From a virus (taxonomy: Duplodnaviria; Caudoviricetes), in IMG/VR virus record IMGVR_UViG_3300020577_013547, positions 313-64,312 of that record: a DNA stretch of 64,000 bases; one strand, 5' to 3'. The translations under genes and the position numbers were made by a program. Below are positions 38,922 to 48,981 of this stretch, piece after piece (the first letter of the stretch is position 1; each line of letters starts with the position of its first letter). The notes below the pieces were generated by a model. The model searched no databases. It saw nothing but the letters and a program-made list of their open reading frames with translations, and was not told the origin of the DNA.

Positions 38922-39671
38922 ATGAGCATGGCAGCAGAAGCGGGACTTGTCCAGGCCTCGACGGACTTCCTTCCGGATGTCCTCAAGCAGGCGGCCGAAC
39001 AGCAGGCTCCCATGGAGGAGCGCACGTTCGGCAGCTACATCACGTTCGCTCACCCGAAGCGTTCGGACGAGTGGCAGAAGATCATCGGCAAGTACGGCCA
39101 GGGCGTGAACGAGGGCGACATGCACCTCATTCACGAGGGTGAGGCTTTCCGCCTGGAGAAGGCGAAGGTCAGCATCCTGTGCGGCCACCAGTACTGGGTG
39201 GAGAAGAACCCCGCCGGCCAGGTGCTCCGGACCTCCAAGGAGGAGAAGCCGAAGCCGTACAAGGAGCAAGTCGATGCCGTGTTGCTCCTGTACCGCGAAA
39301 ACGACATCCTCCCCGTCAGCTGCCAGTTTCGCAGCGTCAAGTGCTCGGCCGCGGTGAAGCTCACGAAGGAGCTCATCGAGTGCCAGAAGCCGGAGTGGGT
39401 CGAGAAGTCCCTGGATCATGCCGCAGCCAGCCGGCTGCAGCAGCCGTTCATGCGCTTCTACGGCGAAATCTCCGAGGGCGAGAAGCGTATCAGCCGATCC
39501 AGCGGCCTCGCTTACCGGCCGCTGAACATCGTGATCAAGCCGACCGGAGCTGGCGAGTGGGCGCTGCTCAAGCAGCTCACGGAAGGTGAGGACACCCGTG
39601 CGCAGCTCAAGAAGGTGGCCGACACCTACCAGTACCGCATGGACACGTTCAAGGACCTGCTGAAGGCCTGA
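38922..39671 (+). CDS. Highly expressed replication-module protein (SSB/annealing candidate)
   Basis: Strong GC3 bias like capsid gene; followed by terminator-like hairpin. Confidence 0.45.
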   Translation: MSMAAEAGLVQASTDFLPDVLKQAAEQQAPMEERTFGSYITFAHPKRSDEWQKIIGKYGQGVNEGDMHLIHEGEAFRLEKAKVSILCGHQYWVEKNPAGQVLRTSKEEKPKPYKEQVDAVLLLYRENDILPVSCQFRSVKCSAAVKLTKELIECQKPEWVEKSLDHAAASRLQQPFMRFYGEISEGEKRISRSSGLAYRPLNIVIKPTGAGEWALLKQLTEGEDTRAQLKKVADTYQYRMDTFKDLLKA

Positions 39672-39683
39672 TCGCTGACGCTC

Positions 39684-39712
39684 GCTCCAGTGCACGCATG
39701 CACTGGAGCTTT
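39684..39712 (+). terminator. Hairpin GCTCCAGTGCA-CGCA-TGCACTGGAGC with short T run
   Basis: 11-bp perfect stem directly before tRNA. Confidence 0.5.
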
Positions 39713-39787
39713 CAGCCACTAGCTCAGCTTGGTTAGAGCGCCTGCCTTGGGAGCAGGAGGCCAGAGGTTCGAATCCTCTGTGGCTGA
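39713..39787 (+). tRNA. tRNA-Pro(UGG)
   Basis: CAGCCAC/GTGGCTG acceptor stem, D-loop AGCTTGGTT, CCTGC-CTTGGGA-GCAGG anticodon arm, GGTTCGAATCC; CCA not encoded. Confidence 0.93.
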
Positions 39788-39789
39788 CT

Positions 39790-40425
39790 ATGAAACGAAT
39801 CGTCTACGACGCAGAAATCAAGGCATGCGTGCCAACCGGCGAGCGTGATGCGACGCTCAACTACTGCAACGGCTGGGGCGACAAGGCAGGCATGGGCATT
39901 GCCTGCATCGTCGCTTACGACCTGGAGACGCAGCAGTTCCGCGTGTTCATGGACGACAACCTGGATGAGTTTGCATCGTTAGTTGCATCCGCTTCCCACA
40001 TCCTCGGCTGGAACAACCACAGCTTCGACGATCCTCTCGTCCGAACATGCTGGGGCCTCGACGTCAGCGACAAGTCCCACGACATCAAGAAGCTCGCGAG
40101 CATCCGATGTTCCCTGGGTGCAGTGGCCGCTGCCAACAGCATCCAGGGTAAGTCGGACAAGGGCGCCAATGCTCCCGTCTACTACCAGCGCGGTCAGTAC
40201 GGACGCCTCATCGACTACTGCATGCAGGACGTCTGGGTCACTTCACAGCTGCTCGAGCTCGGAGCATCGCAAGGCAGCCTGATTGACGGCAAGGGCATCC
40301 GCAAGCTCTTCCGGACCCCTCCTGGTTGGTCCGTGGTAGAAGAATCTCGAATCTCTATCTCCCTTCAACTCGATCTAGAAAATCAACCACGGACTCACCA
40401 GGAGAACGAGGGAGACACGCAGTAG
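39790..40425 (+). CDS. RNase H-like (DEDD) 3'-5' exonuclease
   Basis: IVYDAE, GWNNHSFD, YCMQDV. Confidence 0.8.
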   Translation: MKRIVYDAEIKACVPTGERDATLNYCNGWGDKAGMGIACIVAYDLETQQFRVFMDDNLDEFASLVASASHILGWNNHSFDDPLVRTCWGLDVSDKSHDIKKLASIRCSLGAVAAANSIQGKSDKGANAPVYYQRGQYGRLIDYCMQDVWVTSQLLELGASQGSLIDGKGIRKLFRTPPGWSVVEESRISISLQLDLENQPRTHQENEGDTQ

Positions 40426-40749
40426 ACCTATCTGAATTGAATCTTCTCAGAGGTGCTGACGTGGAACCGCTTGAGCGCCTGCGAGTGCAGATACTCCGTG
40501 CCGAAGCTCACTTCAAGTCGCTGAAGAGCCCGTACCAAGCATCCAGTGGCCAATTGCAGCAGTGGCGAATTTGCTACGGCGACAAGCCGCTTGTGGAATG
40601 CGCGGCAGCTGTTCGCATACAAGCCGTGTATGAGTTCGGTGCACTTCGCGGAGCAATACTAAGTGACGCCGGACTCGCAGCACGACGCCTAGCCGAGCAC
40701 TTGGACATCTGGGAGCAGCTGCCTCAGAGCTGAAGGAACTTATGTCGAC

Positions 40750-42891
40750 ATGCCAACACAACTCGAAGCCGCCCTCGAATACCACCAACGCGGTTGGTCG
40801 GTTTTCCCGCTACGTCACAAGCGCTTCCCGCTGGTTCCATGGAAGGCTTACCAGACCGAGCGTGCGACACTGGAACAGGTGCATGCTTGGTGGACGGAGC
40901 ATCCAGATGCGCTGATCGGCGTCGCACTGGGGCGAGTGTCCAACTTGCTCCGAGTCGATGCAGATGGAGCAGAAGCAGTCCATCGCCTCAACGAACTCGG
41001 CATGCCGCAGACAGCAACCTTCCAGTCGCCTTCAGGCGGCAAAGGCTGGCTGCTCAATGGCATGGACGGCGCCAAGCACCTCACCATCTGGAAAGGCAAA
41101 GGCGAGCACGAGGAACTCAAGGTCCTCAGCGATGGTCAGTACACCGTAGTTCCGCCTGGACCTGGATACCAGTGGCTGGACGAGTCACCGCCGGCCAAGA
41201 TGCCGCCATGGCTGTACGACCGATACGTCGAGCTGGTGCTCCAGGACCTCGTAAAGGAACTGCGGCCGACGTTGCGACAGCCTACGCCGAAGGAAGTCGA
41301 CCTCGCACTGCAGCACATTCCATGCGACGACTACGACCTCTGGGTCCAAGTTGGAATGGCACTGCACACGTGTGACGACTTCAAAGCCTGGGACGAGTGG
41401 AGCAAGAAGTCGCCGAAGTATGATGCAGCTGCAACGCAGGCCAAGTGGCAGAGCTTCGGCGGCAAGGCAGCTGGCGGCCTGACTACTCGCTCCATCCTCT
41501 ACTGGGCCGAGAAGCACGGCGGCTGGCGACCACCCAACCGCCATGAGCCACTCACGGAACTCGGCAATGCCCGCATCCTAGCTCGCATGGGCGATGGCAT
41601 CATCAAGCACTCAGCTGAGTGGGGCTGGATGTGGTGGGATGGAAAGCGATGGCAGATCGGCGAGAAGGCTGTCGTCGAGTTGCAGAAGAAAGTCCTCGAG
41701 TTCCGAGTAGAGCGTGCGATCGAGTCGCTGTCGAAGCACATGCTCCATGGCGACAAGTCTCACGACGACTTCACGAAGGTTGCAAAGCAGAAGATGCGAA
41801 TCGTTCAGCTCGTCCGCGGCAACGAGGATGAGCGGCGCATTCGCGGAGCCAGAACTCTCGCAGAGAGCGAACCGGCACTGTCGTGCGACTATCGCTACTT
41901 CGACCGTCAACCCTGGTTACTCAACTGCGTGAATGGCACCCTGGACCTTCGCAGCGGCGAACTGCTAGCTCACGACAGCTCGAAGCTTCTCACTCAACTC
42001 TGTCCGACGCCATACGACGACAATGCGAAGTGCCCTCGCTGGGAGCAGTTCTTGCAGGAAGTCTTCGCCAAGCACCCAGAGCTCATCCCCTGGATGCAGA
42101 AGCTCTGTGGCTATGCTCTCACAGGACTCACATCCGAGCATATCCTGCCGATCTTCCATGGAAGCGGTCGAAACGGCAAGTCGACGCTCGTCAAGACGAT
42201 AACGACTGTCATGGGCGACGACTATGCAGCACTCGCACCCAGTGGATTTCTCGTGCAGTCGCGTGGCGAGCAGCATCCAACCAAGCTCGTAGTACTCTAT
42301 GGCAAGCGATTCGTTGCCGACATGGAGACTGACGACAATGCGAAGCTCGACGAAGCACTCGTCAAGCGACTGACAGGTGGCGACGACATGCAGGCACGTC
42401 GCATGTACGAGGACTACTGGAAGTTCGTGCCGACTCACAAGCTGTGCATCGCCACCAACTATGAGCCTTCAGTCAAGGGCATGGACATCGCAATCTGGAG
42501 CCGCATTCGACTGATTCCATTCGCATCGCTCTTCGAGAATGGCGACAAGTACCTCGACCAGAAGCTTGCCGCAGAAGCTCCTGGCATCCTGCGGTGGATG
42601 GTGGAAGGCTGCCTCCGCTGGCAGGCAGAGGGCCTCGGCAATCCAGCAGCAGTGCAGGATGCAACGGCTGCATACAAGGGCACTCAGGACACGGTAGCAC
42701 AGTTCTTCAGCGACCGATGCGAGAAGGCACCGGGACTTAAGTCTCGCAAGGCAGACGTGACTTCTGCCTACAAAGCTTGGTGCTATGCGAACACCAAGGA
42801 ACCAGTGAATCCGAAGGCATTTGGGCAGTCCATGCTCAAACTTGGCATCCAATCGGACGACAAGCACTACTTGGACATCAAATGCACATGA
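40750..42891 (+). CDS. Primase-polymerase/PriCT-2/SF3 (D5/P4-type) helicase fusion
   Basis: GWSVFPL..K.P, LRVDAD, YDLWVQVGMALH, FHGSGRNGKST, VKRLTGGD. Confidence 0.92.
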   Translation: MPTQLEAALEYHQRGWSVFPLRHKRFPLVPWKAYQTERATLEQVHAWWTEHPDALIGVALGRVSNLLRVDADGAEAVHRLNELGMPQTATFQSPSGGKGWLLNGMDGAKHLTIWKGKGEHEELKVLSDGQYTVVPPGPGYQWLDESPPAKMPPWLYDRYVELVLQDLVKELRPTLRQPTPKEVDLALQHIPCDDYDLWVQVGMALHTCDDFKAWDEWSKKSPKYDAAATQAKWQSFGGKAAGGLTTRSILYWAEKHGGWRPPNRHEPLTELGNARILARMGDGIIKHSAEWGWMWWDGKRWQIGEKAVVELQKKVLEFRVERAIESLSKHMLHGDKSHDDFTKVAKQKMRIVQLVRGNEDERRIRGARTLAESEPALSCDYRYFDRQPWLLNCVNGTLDLRSGELLAHDSSKLLTQLCPTPYDDNAKCPRWEQFLQEVFAKHPELIPWMQKLCGYALTGLTSEHILPIFHGSGRNGKSTLVKTITTVMGDDYAALAPSGFLVQSRGEQHPTKLVVLYGKRFVADMETDDNAKLDEALVKRLTGGDDMQARRMYEDYWKFVPTHKLCIATNYEPSVKGMDIAIWSRIRLIPFASLFENGDKYLDQKLAAEAPGILRWMVEGCLRWQAEGLGNPAAVQDATAAYKGTQDTVAQFFSDRCEKAPGLKSRKADVTSAYKAWCYANTKEPVNPKAFGQSMLKLGIQSDDKHYLDIKCT

Positions 42892-43169
42892 GCAAGCACG
42901 CTCTGTGGCGTTGGCGGCAGCGCTTTGGTGGCGACTATGCCTATGCACTGCGCAAAAGTGTACACATCGGCTGCATCGCTCGTGCAGACATTCGCTACTA
43001 TGCTCCGCGACGCTGCATCTTTGTGTGCGATGGACAGAAGGTTGCCACAGTCATTCGCATCACTGAATACTCGAAGCATTACTACAAGGCACTCGTCCAG
43101 CGCTACCATTACCAGGTGGAATTGTCCCAATTACTCGATTTTCTTGGACTTCTGAAAATCTCTCTATAG
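42888..43169 (+). CDS. Hypothetical protein
   Basis: SKHALWRWRQR start; ATGA overlap. Confidence 0.4.
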   Translation: MSKHALWRWRQRFGGDYAYALRKSVHIGCIARADIRYYAPRRCIFVCDGQKVATVIRITEYSKHYYKALVQRYHYQVELSQLLDFLGLLKISL

Positions 43170-43226
43170 AGCGTGCTGTATAAGGGGTATCTTTCAACAC
43201 TCCAAGAAAATCGAGTCATTGGGACA
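43123..43226. repeat. 104-bp palindromic element, copy 2 (inverted relative to copy 1)
   Basis: 26-bp inverted repeat with one mismatch; core aligns to reverse complement of copy 1 core. Confidence 0.85.
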
Positions 43227-43266
43227 GGACCTGGCAAAGGCGTCAAACGAAAGGTGAAGGCAAGAC

Positions 43267-43761
43267 ATGAGAGAATCGCTGTATCGACCGGCGGAACGGG
43301 ATGCGGACGGGTTGATACCGTCCGCGATCTGCAACCAGTTCCAAGAGTGGGCGAAGAAGGCTGTTGATGAGGTGCGAACGACCACCCGCAAGCTGCCCAT
43401 GAGCGACACACTGGCACCGGAGCGGATCGCGGAGTTGCGGGAGTTCTTCTATCGCCGCGGCGACCATCACCCTAGTTGCTTGTCGAGGAATACAGGCAAC
43501 CAATGCGACTGCTACGCTCAGCGCAGTCAGCGAGCACATGACCTTCTTGACGCTATCGCCGAGGAGCACTCCACGCTGAGGGCCGAACGCGATGCGGCAC
43601 TCACGGCGAAGCGACAGGCCGACACCTACGCTGCCGACATCGAGGGATGCCTCGAATCCATCGCTCAGGCCGTGACCGGCGACTCGGACACGGCAGGGAT
43701 TGTGAGCAAGGTGGAGGCGTTGGTGGCTGGATTAACCATGCAGACCTCTGCGAAGAGCTGA
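43267..43761 (+). CDS. Hypothetical protein
   Basis: Intact ORF with coiled-coil end. Confidence 0.4.
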   Translation: MRESLYRPAERDADGLIPSAICNQFQEWAKKAVDEVRTTTRKLPMSDTLAPERIAELREFFYRRGDHHPSCLSRNTGNQCDCYAQRSQRAHDLLDAIAEEHSTLRAERDAALTAKRQADTYAADIEGCLESIAQAVTGDSDTAGIVSKVEALVAGLTMQTSAKS

Positions 43762-43786
43762 GTACATACATGCTAAGAGGTTAACG

Positions 43787-45826
43787 ATGCGACTAAACTG
43801 GGCACCCACGAAGCCAGCATTCATCGACTTCGAGACGCAGAGCACCTGTGACTTGAAGAAGCACACGACGCACCAGTACGCGAAGCATCCGAGCACCCAG
43901 ATACTCACGTGCGTCGTAGACGATGGTACTCAGGTGCACCGCTTTGGTCCATACCTGGATTCCAGTGCACGAGAACGTCTCGCTGCCATTGCATCCACTC
44001 ACACGCTCGTCGCACACAATGCGTCCTTCGACAAGGCCATCTGGGATGCCGCTGGCCTTCCAGATGCAGAGTGGTTCGACACTCTTCGGCCTGCTCGCGC
44101 TGCTGGCCTGCCCGGGCAGTTGGACAAGCTCTCCAAGGTGCTCGGCTTCGAGGGCAAAGACTCCAATGGCAAGCGGCTCATCGAGCTTCTGTGCATCGTG
44201 AAGAACGGCAAGGTGCCAGCCATCGGCCCAGCACACAAGATGCTGCTCGACTACAACGAGCGAGACGTCCGCGAACTTCGCAACATCTACAGCGCGGTGC
44301 TTCCATTCGTCGAGCCTGCCGTGATGAGCGTGGATTGGGAGATTAACGAACGAGGCCTGCCTGCCAACCGCGAACTTGCCACTGCAATTCGCGAGATGTA
44401 CACCCAGAACGAAGAGACAGCCCGCAGCGAGTTCGAAAAGCTCGCGCCGGACGTGTCCCCTGGTTCGCCAAAGCAAGTCGTCGAGTGGCTCAACAAGCAA
44501 GGCTTCAAGGTCGACGGCATCAACAAGTTCGTCTGGAAGTCGCTCATTGCAAATCCACACGACTTCTTTGTAGGCGACAGCGACTTCGATGCATCCTTCG
44601 AGCTGATTCGTGATGCACTCGACTTCCGCCGAGACATCGTGCGTGTTGGCAGCGGCAAGGTCGATGCGATGCTGCAGGTAATTGAAGCTGATGGCCGCAT
44701 TCGCGATCAGTTCGTGTACTGGGGCGCGCACACGGGCCGATGGTCTGGTCGCAAGATCCAGCCGCACAACATGCCTCAGTCCATTCAACACTTGCATACT
44801 CTCGACATCGAGCCTACAATGCCTGCCATCAAGGCAGCCTGCGAACATGCGATGGCAGAGTTCAAGCGACTTGGCCAGCCGCGAGTCATTGTTCCTGCCG
44901 ATGCACTTGGCTCGATGCTGCGGCACGTAATCCAGTGCGACAACATGCTCGTAGCAGACTACGGTGCTGTTGAAGCACGGTGCGTCGCATGGCTGGCACG
45001 CTGCGAACGCATGCTGGCGATCTTTCGCGATCCAGGAAAGTCCATCTACTGCGACATGGGCAAGAGCATCTTCGGGCGAGAAATCTCGAAGAAGCATGAC
45101 TATGCCGAGTACAACTTCAGCAAGGCCTTGGTACTCGGCTGCACCTATGGCATGTCCGGTGCCAAGTTCGAGTGGATGTGCAAGACCCGCAACGTCGATA
45201 CTTCTGCACTTGAGCGGCTCGGCATTGACATCAAAGACGCCGTCAAGAAGTTCCGTGAGACGTATCCGGAGCTTCCAGCACTGTGGCGAACGTACCAAGA
45301 GGCAATGCTGACGTGCATCGGCGGCACATCCCTCGAAGCAGGCCGTGTGTTCTTCTGCATGAAGGGCCGAGACATGCACGTAGTGCTTCCAAGCGGCCGG
45401 CCACTCGTCTACCGCAATGCTCGCACCGAAATGATGGTCCCCGGGTATGCGAAGATGTACAACATGCCTGCGGTGCCTGTGCCAACAGTCGTCTACGACA
45501 ACCCTCGCGGCCACAAGTCCTTCATGTACGGCTCAAAGATGTGCGAGAACATCTCGCAAGCCGTGTGCCGCGACCCTCTAGCTGAAACCCTGGTTTCCAG
45601 TGAACAGCTTGGCTTGCGTCCAATCCTCCATGTCCACGACGAGTGCGGCAACGAGGCACCTGATGCGAGGCTCGAAGAAATGTGCGAGATGATGTCCGCA
45701 CCACGCAAGTGGGCGCCAGACTTCCCGCTGCTCGTCGAAGGCTACAGCGGCCCAGTCTGGACCAAGCAGACCAAGAAGTACCGTGAAATCTCCGCAATGA
45801 ACGGAAAGGTGATCCATGGGCATTGA
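43787..45826 (+). CDS. polA: DNA polymerase family A
   Basis: FIDFET exonuclease; HTGRWSG; VADYGAVEAR (A); KALVLGCTYG (B); HVHDE (C). Confidence 0.92.
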   Translation: MRLNWAPTKPAFIDFETQSTCDLKKHTTHQYAKHPSTQILTCVVDDGTQVHRFGPYLDSSARERLAAIASTHTLVAHNASFDKAIWDAAGLPDAEWFDTLRPARAAGLPGQLDKLSKVLGFEGKDSNGKRLIELLCIVKNGKVPAIGPAHKMLLDYNERDVRELRNIYSAVLPFVEPAVMSVDWEINERGLPANRELATAIREMYTQNEETARSEFEKLAPDVSPGSPKQVVEWLNKQGFKVDGINKFVWKSLIANPHDFFVGDSDFDASFELIRDALDFRRDIVRVGSGKVDAMLQVIEADGRIRDQFVYWGAHTGRWSGRKIQPHNMPQSIQHLHTLDIEPTMPAIKAACEHAMAEFKRLGQPRVIVPADALGSMLRHVIQCDNMLVADYGAVEARCVAWLARCERMLAIFRDPGKSIYCDMGKSIFGREISKKHDYAEYNFSKALVLGCTYGMSGAKFEWMCKTRNVDTSALERLGIDIKDAVKKFRETYPELPALWRTYQEAMLTCIGGTSLEAGRVFFCMKGRDMHVVLPSGRPLVYRNARTEMMVPGYAKMYNMPAVPVPTVVYDNPRGHKSFMYGSKMCENISQAVCRDPLAETLVSSEQLGLRPILHVHDECGNEAPDARLEEMCEMMSAPRKWAPDFPLLVEGYSGPVWTKQTKKYREISAMNGKVIHGH

Positions 45827-46064
45827 GCAGTTCATAGCCGCTGTTCGCTCAAAGCTCGGTGAGGCAATCAACGATGCAGATTTGGCAGCATTCTGCGAGC
45901 AGGTGTACTATGCTCGCAAGCGTGACTGTACATTCAGCGATTCTTGGATTAGCAGAGTAGCCAACAAATACGAAGCTCACATTCGCAGAGGTTTTGCAGC
46001 CAGGCGTCAAGGCGATGCGGAGCGTAGCGATCGTCGCCGCGGCAAGTATCATAGGAGCAGATAA
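45816..46064 (+). CDS. Hypothetical protein
   Basis: Coupled ORF. Confidence 0.4.
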   Translation: MGIEQFIAAVRSKLGEAINDADLAAFCEQVYYARKRDCTFSDSWISRVANKYEAHIRRGFAARRQGDAERSDRRRGKYHRSR

Positions 46065-47086
46065 TGCGAGTAGTTCTACAACCATTCTTCAGCCAGCAGG
46101 ACAAGCAGAGCTGCCGCTTTTTGCTAGAGAGCGACAGCGGTGTCAAGCTGTACAAGTACATCGCAGAGCAGATGGCTGCTCGCGGCGATGACGTGACGTT
46201 CGTGCTGCCATCACGCAACCAGTGTGCGGACTCGCTGAAGTGGCCAGATGCAATCAAGCTTCGCTATGCTCCGCATCTGGAAGTGTGCAACCTCCGCCGG
46301 CGAGTGCAGTGGGACACAGAGTGGCTGGAGCGCATAACTCGCGACTGTGACCTGTTCCTCACGACGCACGAGTTCCTCAGCATCCCTCTGCGCGTGATCC
46401 GGCCGAAGCTTCGTATCGTCATGGAGTGCGGCATCCGGCCGACGACCGCATGGCCGGAGACAGAAGCCTTGTTCCCAATCGCACAGCGGGCTGCAACTGC
46501 TGTGCACTGCAACAGCTCTACACTCGCATCCGAGTGTGCCAATCCGCGCACCTTCGTATGGCCGTTCGCATTTCACGAGAAGGCCTACTCTCTGCGCGGC
46601 GGCGAGCGGAGCATCGATGTACTCTTTAACAGCCGCTGCAGCTCCACGAACTACTCGCATCATTGCGAGTTCATCGAGCAGATGTGGAGCAGCGGCCTTC
46701 GCATCCGAATGACCGATCCTACGAACTACCTGCGCAGTACAGGCTATGCACCTGGATGGACAGGCAATATGCCTGCAGGTCGCGGCGCCTACGAATCGCT
46801 CTTAGCACAGTCGCGAGTCGTCGTCGGCCTCACGGACAATGGCTACGGTGGCTATGCATTCCGAGAAGCGATGGCCGCAGGCTGCTGTCCAGTGGCACTG
46901 GATGTTCCCGAGTACCGCGAGCTTCTCGGCGACTGGCCATACTACTGCACCCTGGACAACATTGCCGACGTCGTACATCGTGCATTGGCAGATGGTGCGC
47001 CGGCATACCCTGTGACCGGGCTACTCGCCCAGTCCAGCTACCAAGAGGCGTGGAGGCAGGCCGAGAAGGACCTGGCAACACTGTGA
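46064..47086 (+). CDS. GT-B fold glycosyltransferase (GT4-like)
   Basis: YGGYAFREAMAAGCCPV acceptor-end motif. Confidence 0.75.
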   Translation: MRVVLQPFFSQQDKQSCRFLLESDSGVKLYKYIAEQMAARGDDVTFVLPSRNQCADSLKWPDAIKLRYAPHLEVCNLRRRVQWDTEWLERITRDCDLFLTTHEFLSIPLRVIRPKLRIVMECGIRPTTAWPETEALFPIAQRAATAVHCNSSTLASECANPRTFVWPFAFHEKAYSLRGGERSIDVLFNSRCSSTNYSHHCEFIEQMWSSGLRIRMTDPTNYLRSTGYAPGWTGNMPAGRGAYESLLAQSRVVVGLTDNGYGGYAFREAMAAGCCPVALDVPEYRELLGDWPYYCTLDNIADVVHRALADGAPAYPVTGLLAQSSYQEAWRQAEKDLATL

Positions 47087-47985
47087 ACAAGACGCTCAAC
47101 TACTGGCGGCACCGCAAGTTGATCCGCTGGCACATGACTCAGTGGTGTAACTACAAGTGCAGCTATTGCCCGCAAGAGCACAGCCGCAAGCAGATCTTCC
47201 GCGGTGCGCCAGGCCACTGGGCCGACAACCACGACGTGGATACGTGGCTCGCGCACTTCGAGGAGCACTTCCTCGACTACGACTGTAGCTTCATCATGAC
47301 TGGCGGCGAGCCAATGATGGACAAGGTCAACATGGAGCCGTTGCTGCGCAACCTCGTATGGCGGGACTGGGTCGACAGCATCAAGATCGACACGAACTGC
47401 AGCTGGACGCCGAGTGGCTGGTCCATCGACAAAAGCAAGATCACGTTCCTGTGCTCATTCCACCCAGAGCACACGGACGAGGACACGTTCTTCAACAAGC
47501 TGCAAATGATCCAGAGTGCTGGCTGGACAATCGGCATCGTGAACCTCGTCGTGCTTCCCGACCGCTTTGACATGCTCGACCGCATGCGAAAGCGAGCCGC
47601 GAACTACGGCCTAGCTTTCAGTGCTGTCCCGCTCGACGGGCAACTGTCGCTGTACTCACGCGACCAGGTGCAGGCACTGCAGGCGCACATTCCAGCAATC
47701 GACTGGGAGATTCGCACTGGTGGCGATCCGATCGGCCGCAACTGCCTGCATCCGGCAGTGACATACAAGCTGTACCCGAGCGGAGAGCTCGAAGTCGGCT
47801 GCCACGAGCACCTGCGAGGCAACATCGCAGACGAGGTGCTACCCTCGCTTCCGTATGCATACACGCCGTGCCCGAAGCACTCGTGCATGTGTACTGAAAA
47901 ATACAGCTTCCTTGAGGACATGGACGTCAACCACGGCACACCTCAGCCAATGACTCGATACGCGGAGCGAATTTCGCTCTTGTAA
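47083..47985 (+). CDS. Radical SAM protein
   Basis: CNYKCSYC, TGGEP, DTN; GTG start overlapping upstream TGA. Confidence 0.85.
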   Translation: MNKTLNYWRHRKLIRWHMTQWCNYKCSYCPQEHSRKQIFRGAPGHWADNHDVDTWLAHFEEHFLDYDCSFIMTGGEPMMDKVNMEPLLRNLVWRDWVDSIKIDTNCSWTPSGWSIDKSKITFLCSFHPEHTDEDTFFNKLQMIQSAGWTIGIVNLVVLPDRFDMLDRMRKRAANYGLAFSAVPLDGQLSLYSRDQVQALQAHIPAIDWEIRTGGDPIGRNCLHPAVTYKLYPSGELEVGCHEHLRGNIADEVLPSLPYAYTPCPKHSCMCTEKYSFLEDMDVNHGTPQPMTRYAERISLL

Positions 47986-48047
47986 GCACAGGCATAGGCC
48001 CTGGTACTTACGATCCAGAGACCGTTTCTACGAACCTGGGACGACTG

Positions 48048-48788
48048 ATGAGCATCAATGCGAGCGAGCTGTTCCGAGCCATGTGGTCCACCGTGAGCCT
48101 GAACCGCCCACGCAAGGCTGATTCGCCTGCACAGCCCGGCGACACCGTCGAGGCCATTCCAGGGAACTCCTTCTACCTGCGGTCCATCGACCACAACATC
48201 GTGGACTGCCGCAAGCTTAACGAGCGCTGGGCATGGGCTAATGTGCTGCACTTCTTTAGCGGAAGTGAGGAAGCAGAGATGCTCGAGCACTACAACCCGC
48301 TCGCACGGCGCTTCGTGCACAACGGCAAGTGGACTGGTGCCTACGGCGCAATCTGCATGCCACAGCTCGCGAAGTGTGCAGAGTTGCTGCGTGCTTCGCC
48401 ACACTCTCGGCGTGCGATCGTGAGCCTCGGCGGTTACTGCGACGAAGCCGATGCAAATCGGCCATCGTGCATCAGCTTCATGCACTTCCTGTCCACGACG
48501 GAAGGTTTGCATCTGCACGTCTACCAGCGATCACTCAACCTCTGGGGCGTCATGCCTTACGACTGCATCCTGCTGACGAACGTGCTCCACTGGATGTGCA
48601 AACAGACTGGGCAACTCGCCGGAGGACTTACATGGTCCATCGGATCGCTCCACGTTCCGCTACCGCTTCCAGTGCCTGAGTACAGCGGCATTCGGAACCG
48701 TGGCTTACTCATCGATGTACCGCCCAACCCACTCGACGTACTTCGCAAGGAGGCTTCCAATGCTCGTCTTGTCCCGCAAACTGGGTGA
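48048..48788 (+). CDS. Thymidylate-synthase-fold enzyme (dCMP hydroxymethylase-like)
   Basis: SRRAI, PSC (catalytic Cys), YQRS, PYD with Asp at specificity position. Confidence 0.75.
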   Translation: MSINASELFRAMWSTVSLNRPRKADSPAQPGDTVEAIPGNSFYLRSIDHNIVDCRKLNERWAWANVLHFFSGSEEAEMLEHYNPLARRFVHNGKWTGAYGAICMPQLAKCAELLRASPHSRRAIVSLGGYCDEADANRPSCISFMHFLSTTEGLHLHVYQRSLNLWGVMPYDCILLTNVLHWMCKQTGQLAGGLTWSIGSLHVPLPLPVPEYSGIRNRGLLIDVPPNPLDVLRKEASNARLVPQTG

Positions 48789-48981
48789 GAAGATCCGCAT
48801 CGGTGACAGCATCGAAATCACCGTGACCAGCATCGAACGCGGCAAAATCCGACTCGGAATCGAGGCCCCACGTGACATCCTCATCATACGATCTGAGCTC
48901 ATTGCAGGTGGAGCACCGCCAGTGGCTGGCGATGATGTACCCCGGCCAGTCGCCAAAGTTCCCGGCAGCGGGAATGCTTGA
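48760..48981 (+). CDS. csrA: Carbon storage regulator CsrA
   Basis: MLVLSRK.GE.I.IGD.IEITV...IRLGIEAP.DI.I.RSEL; AAGGAGG RBS. Confidence 0.92.
   Translation: MLVLSRKLGEKIRIGDSIEITVTSIERGKIRLGIEAPRDILIIRSELIAGGAPPVAGDDVPRPVAKVPGSGNA

Noticed and set aside
39713-39787. tRNA as attP of an integrating prophage
   Set aside because: No integrase or duplicated tRNA 3' end is visible in the window
43793-45514. Long antisense ORFs (also 12600-13868, 27839-29161, 38841-39719, 16011-16997)
   Set aside because: Shadow frames of GC-rich, codon-biased genes; no motifs or RBS
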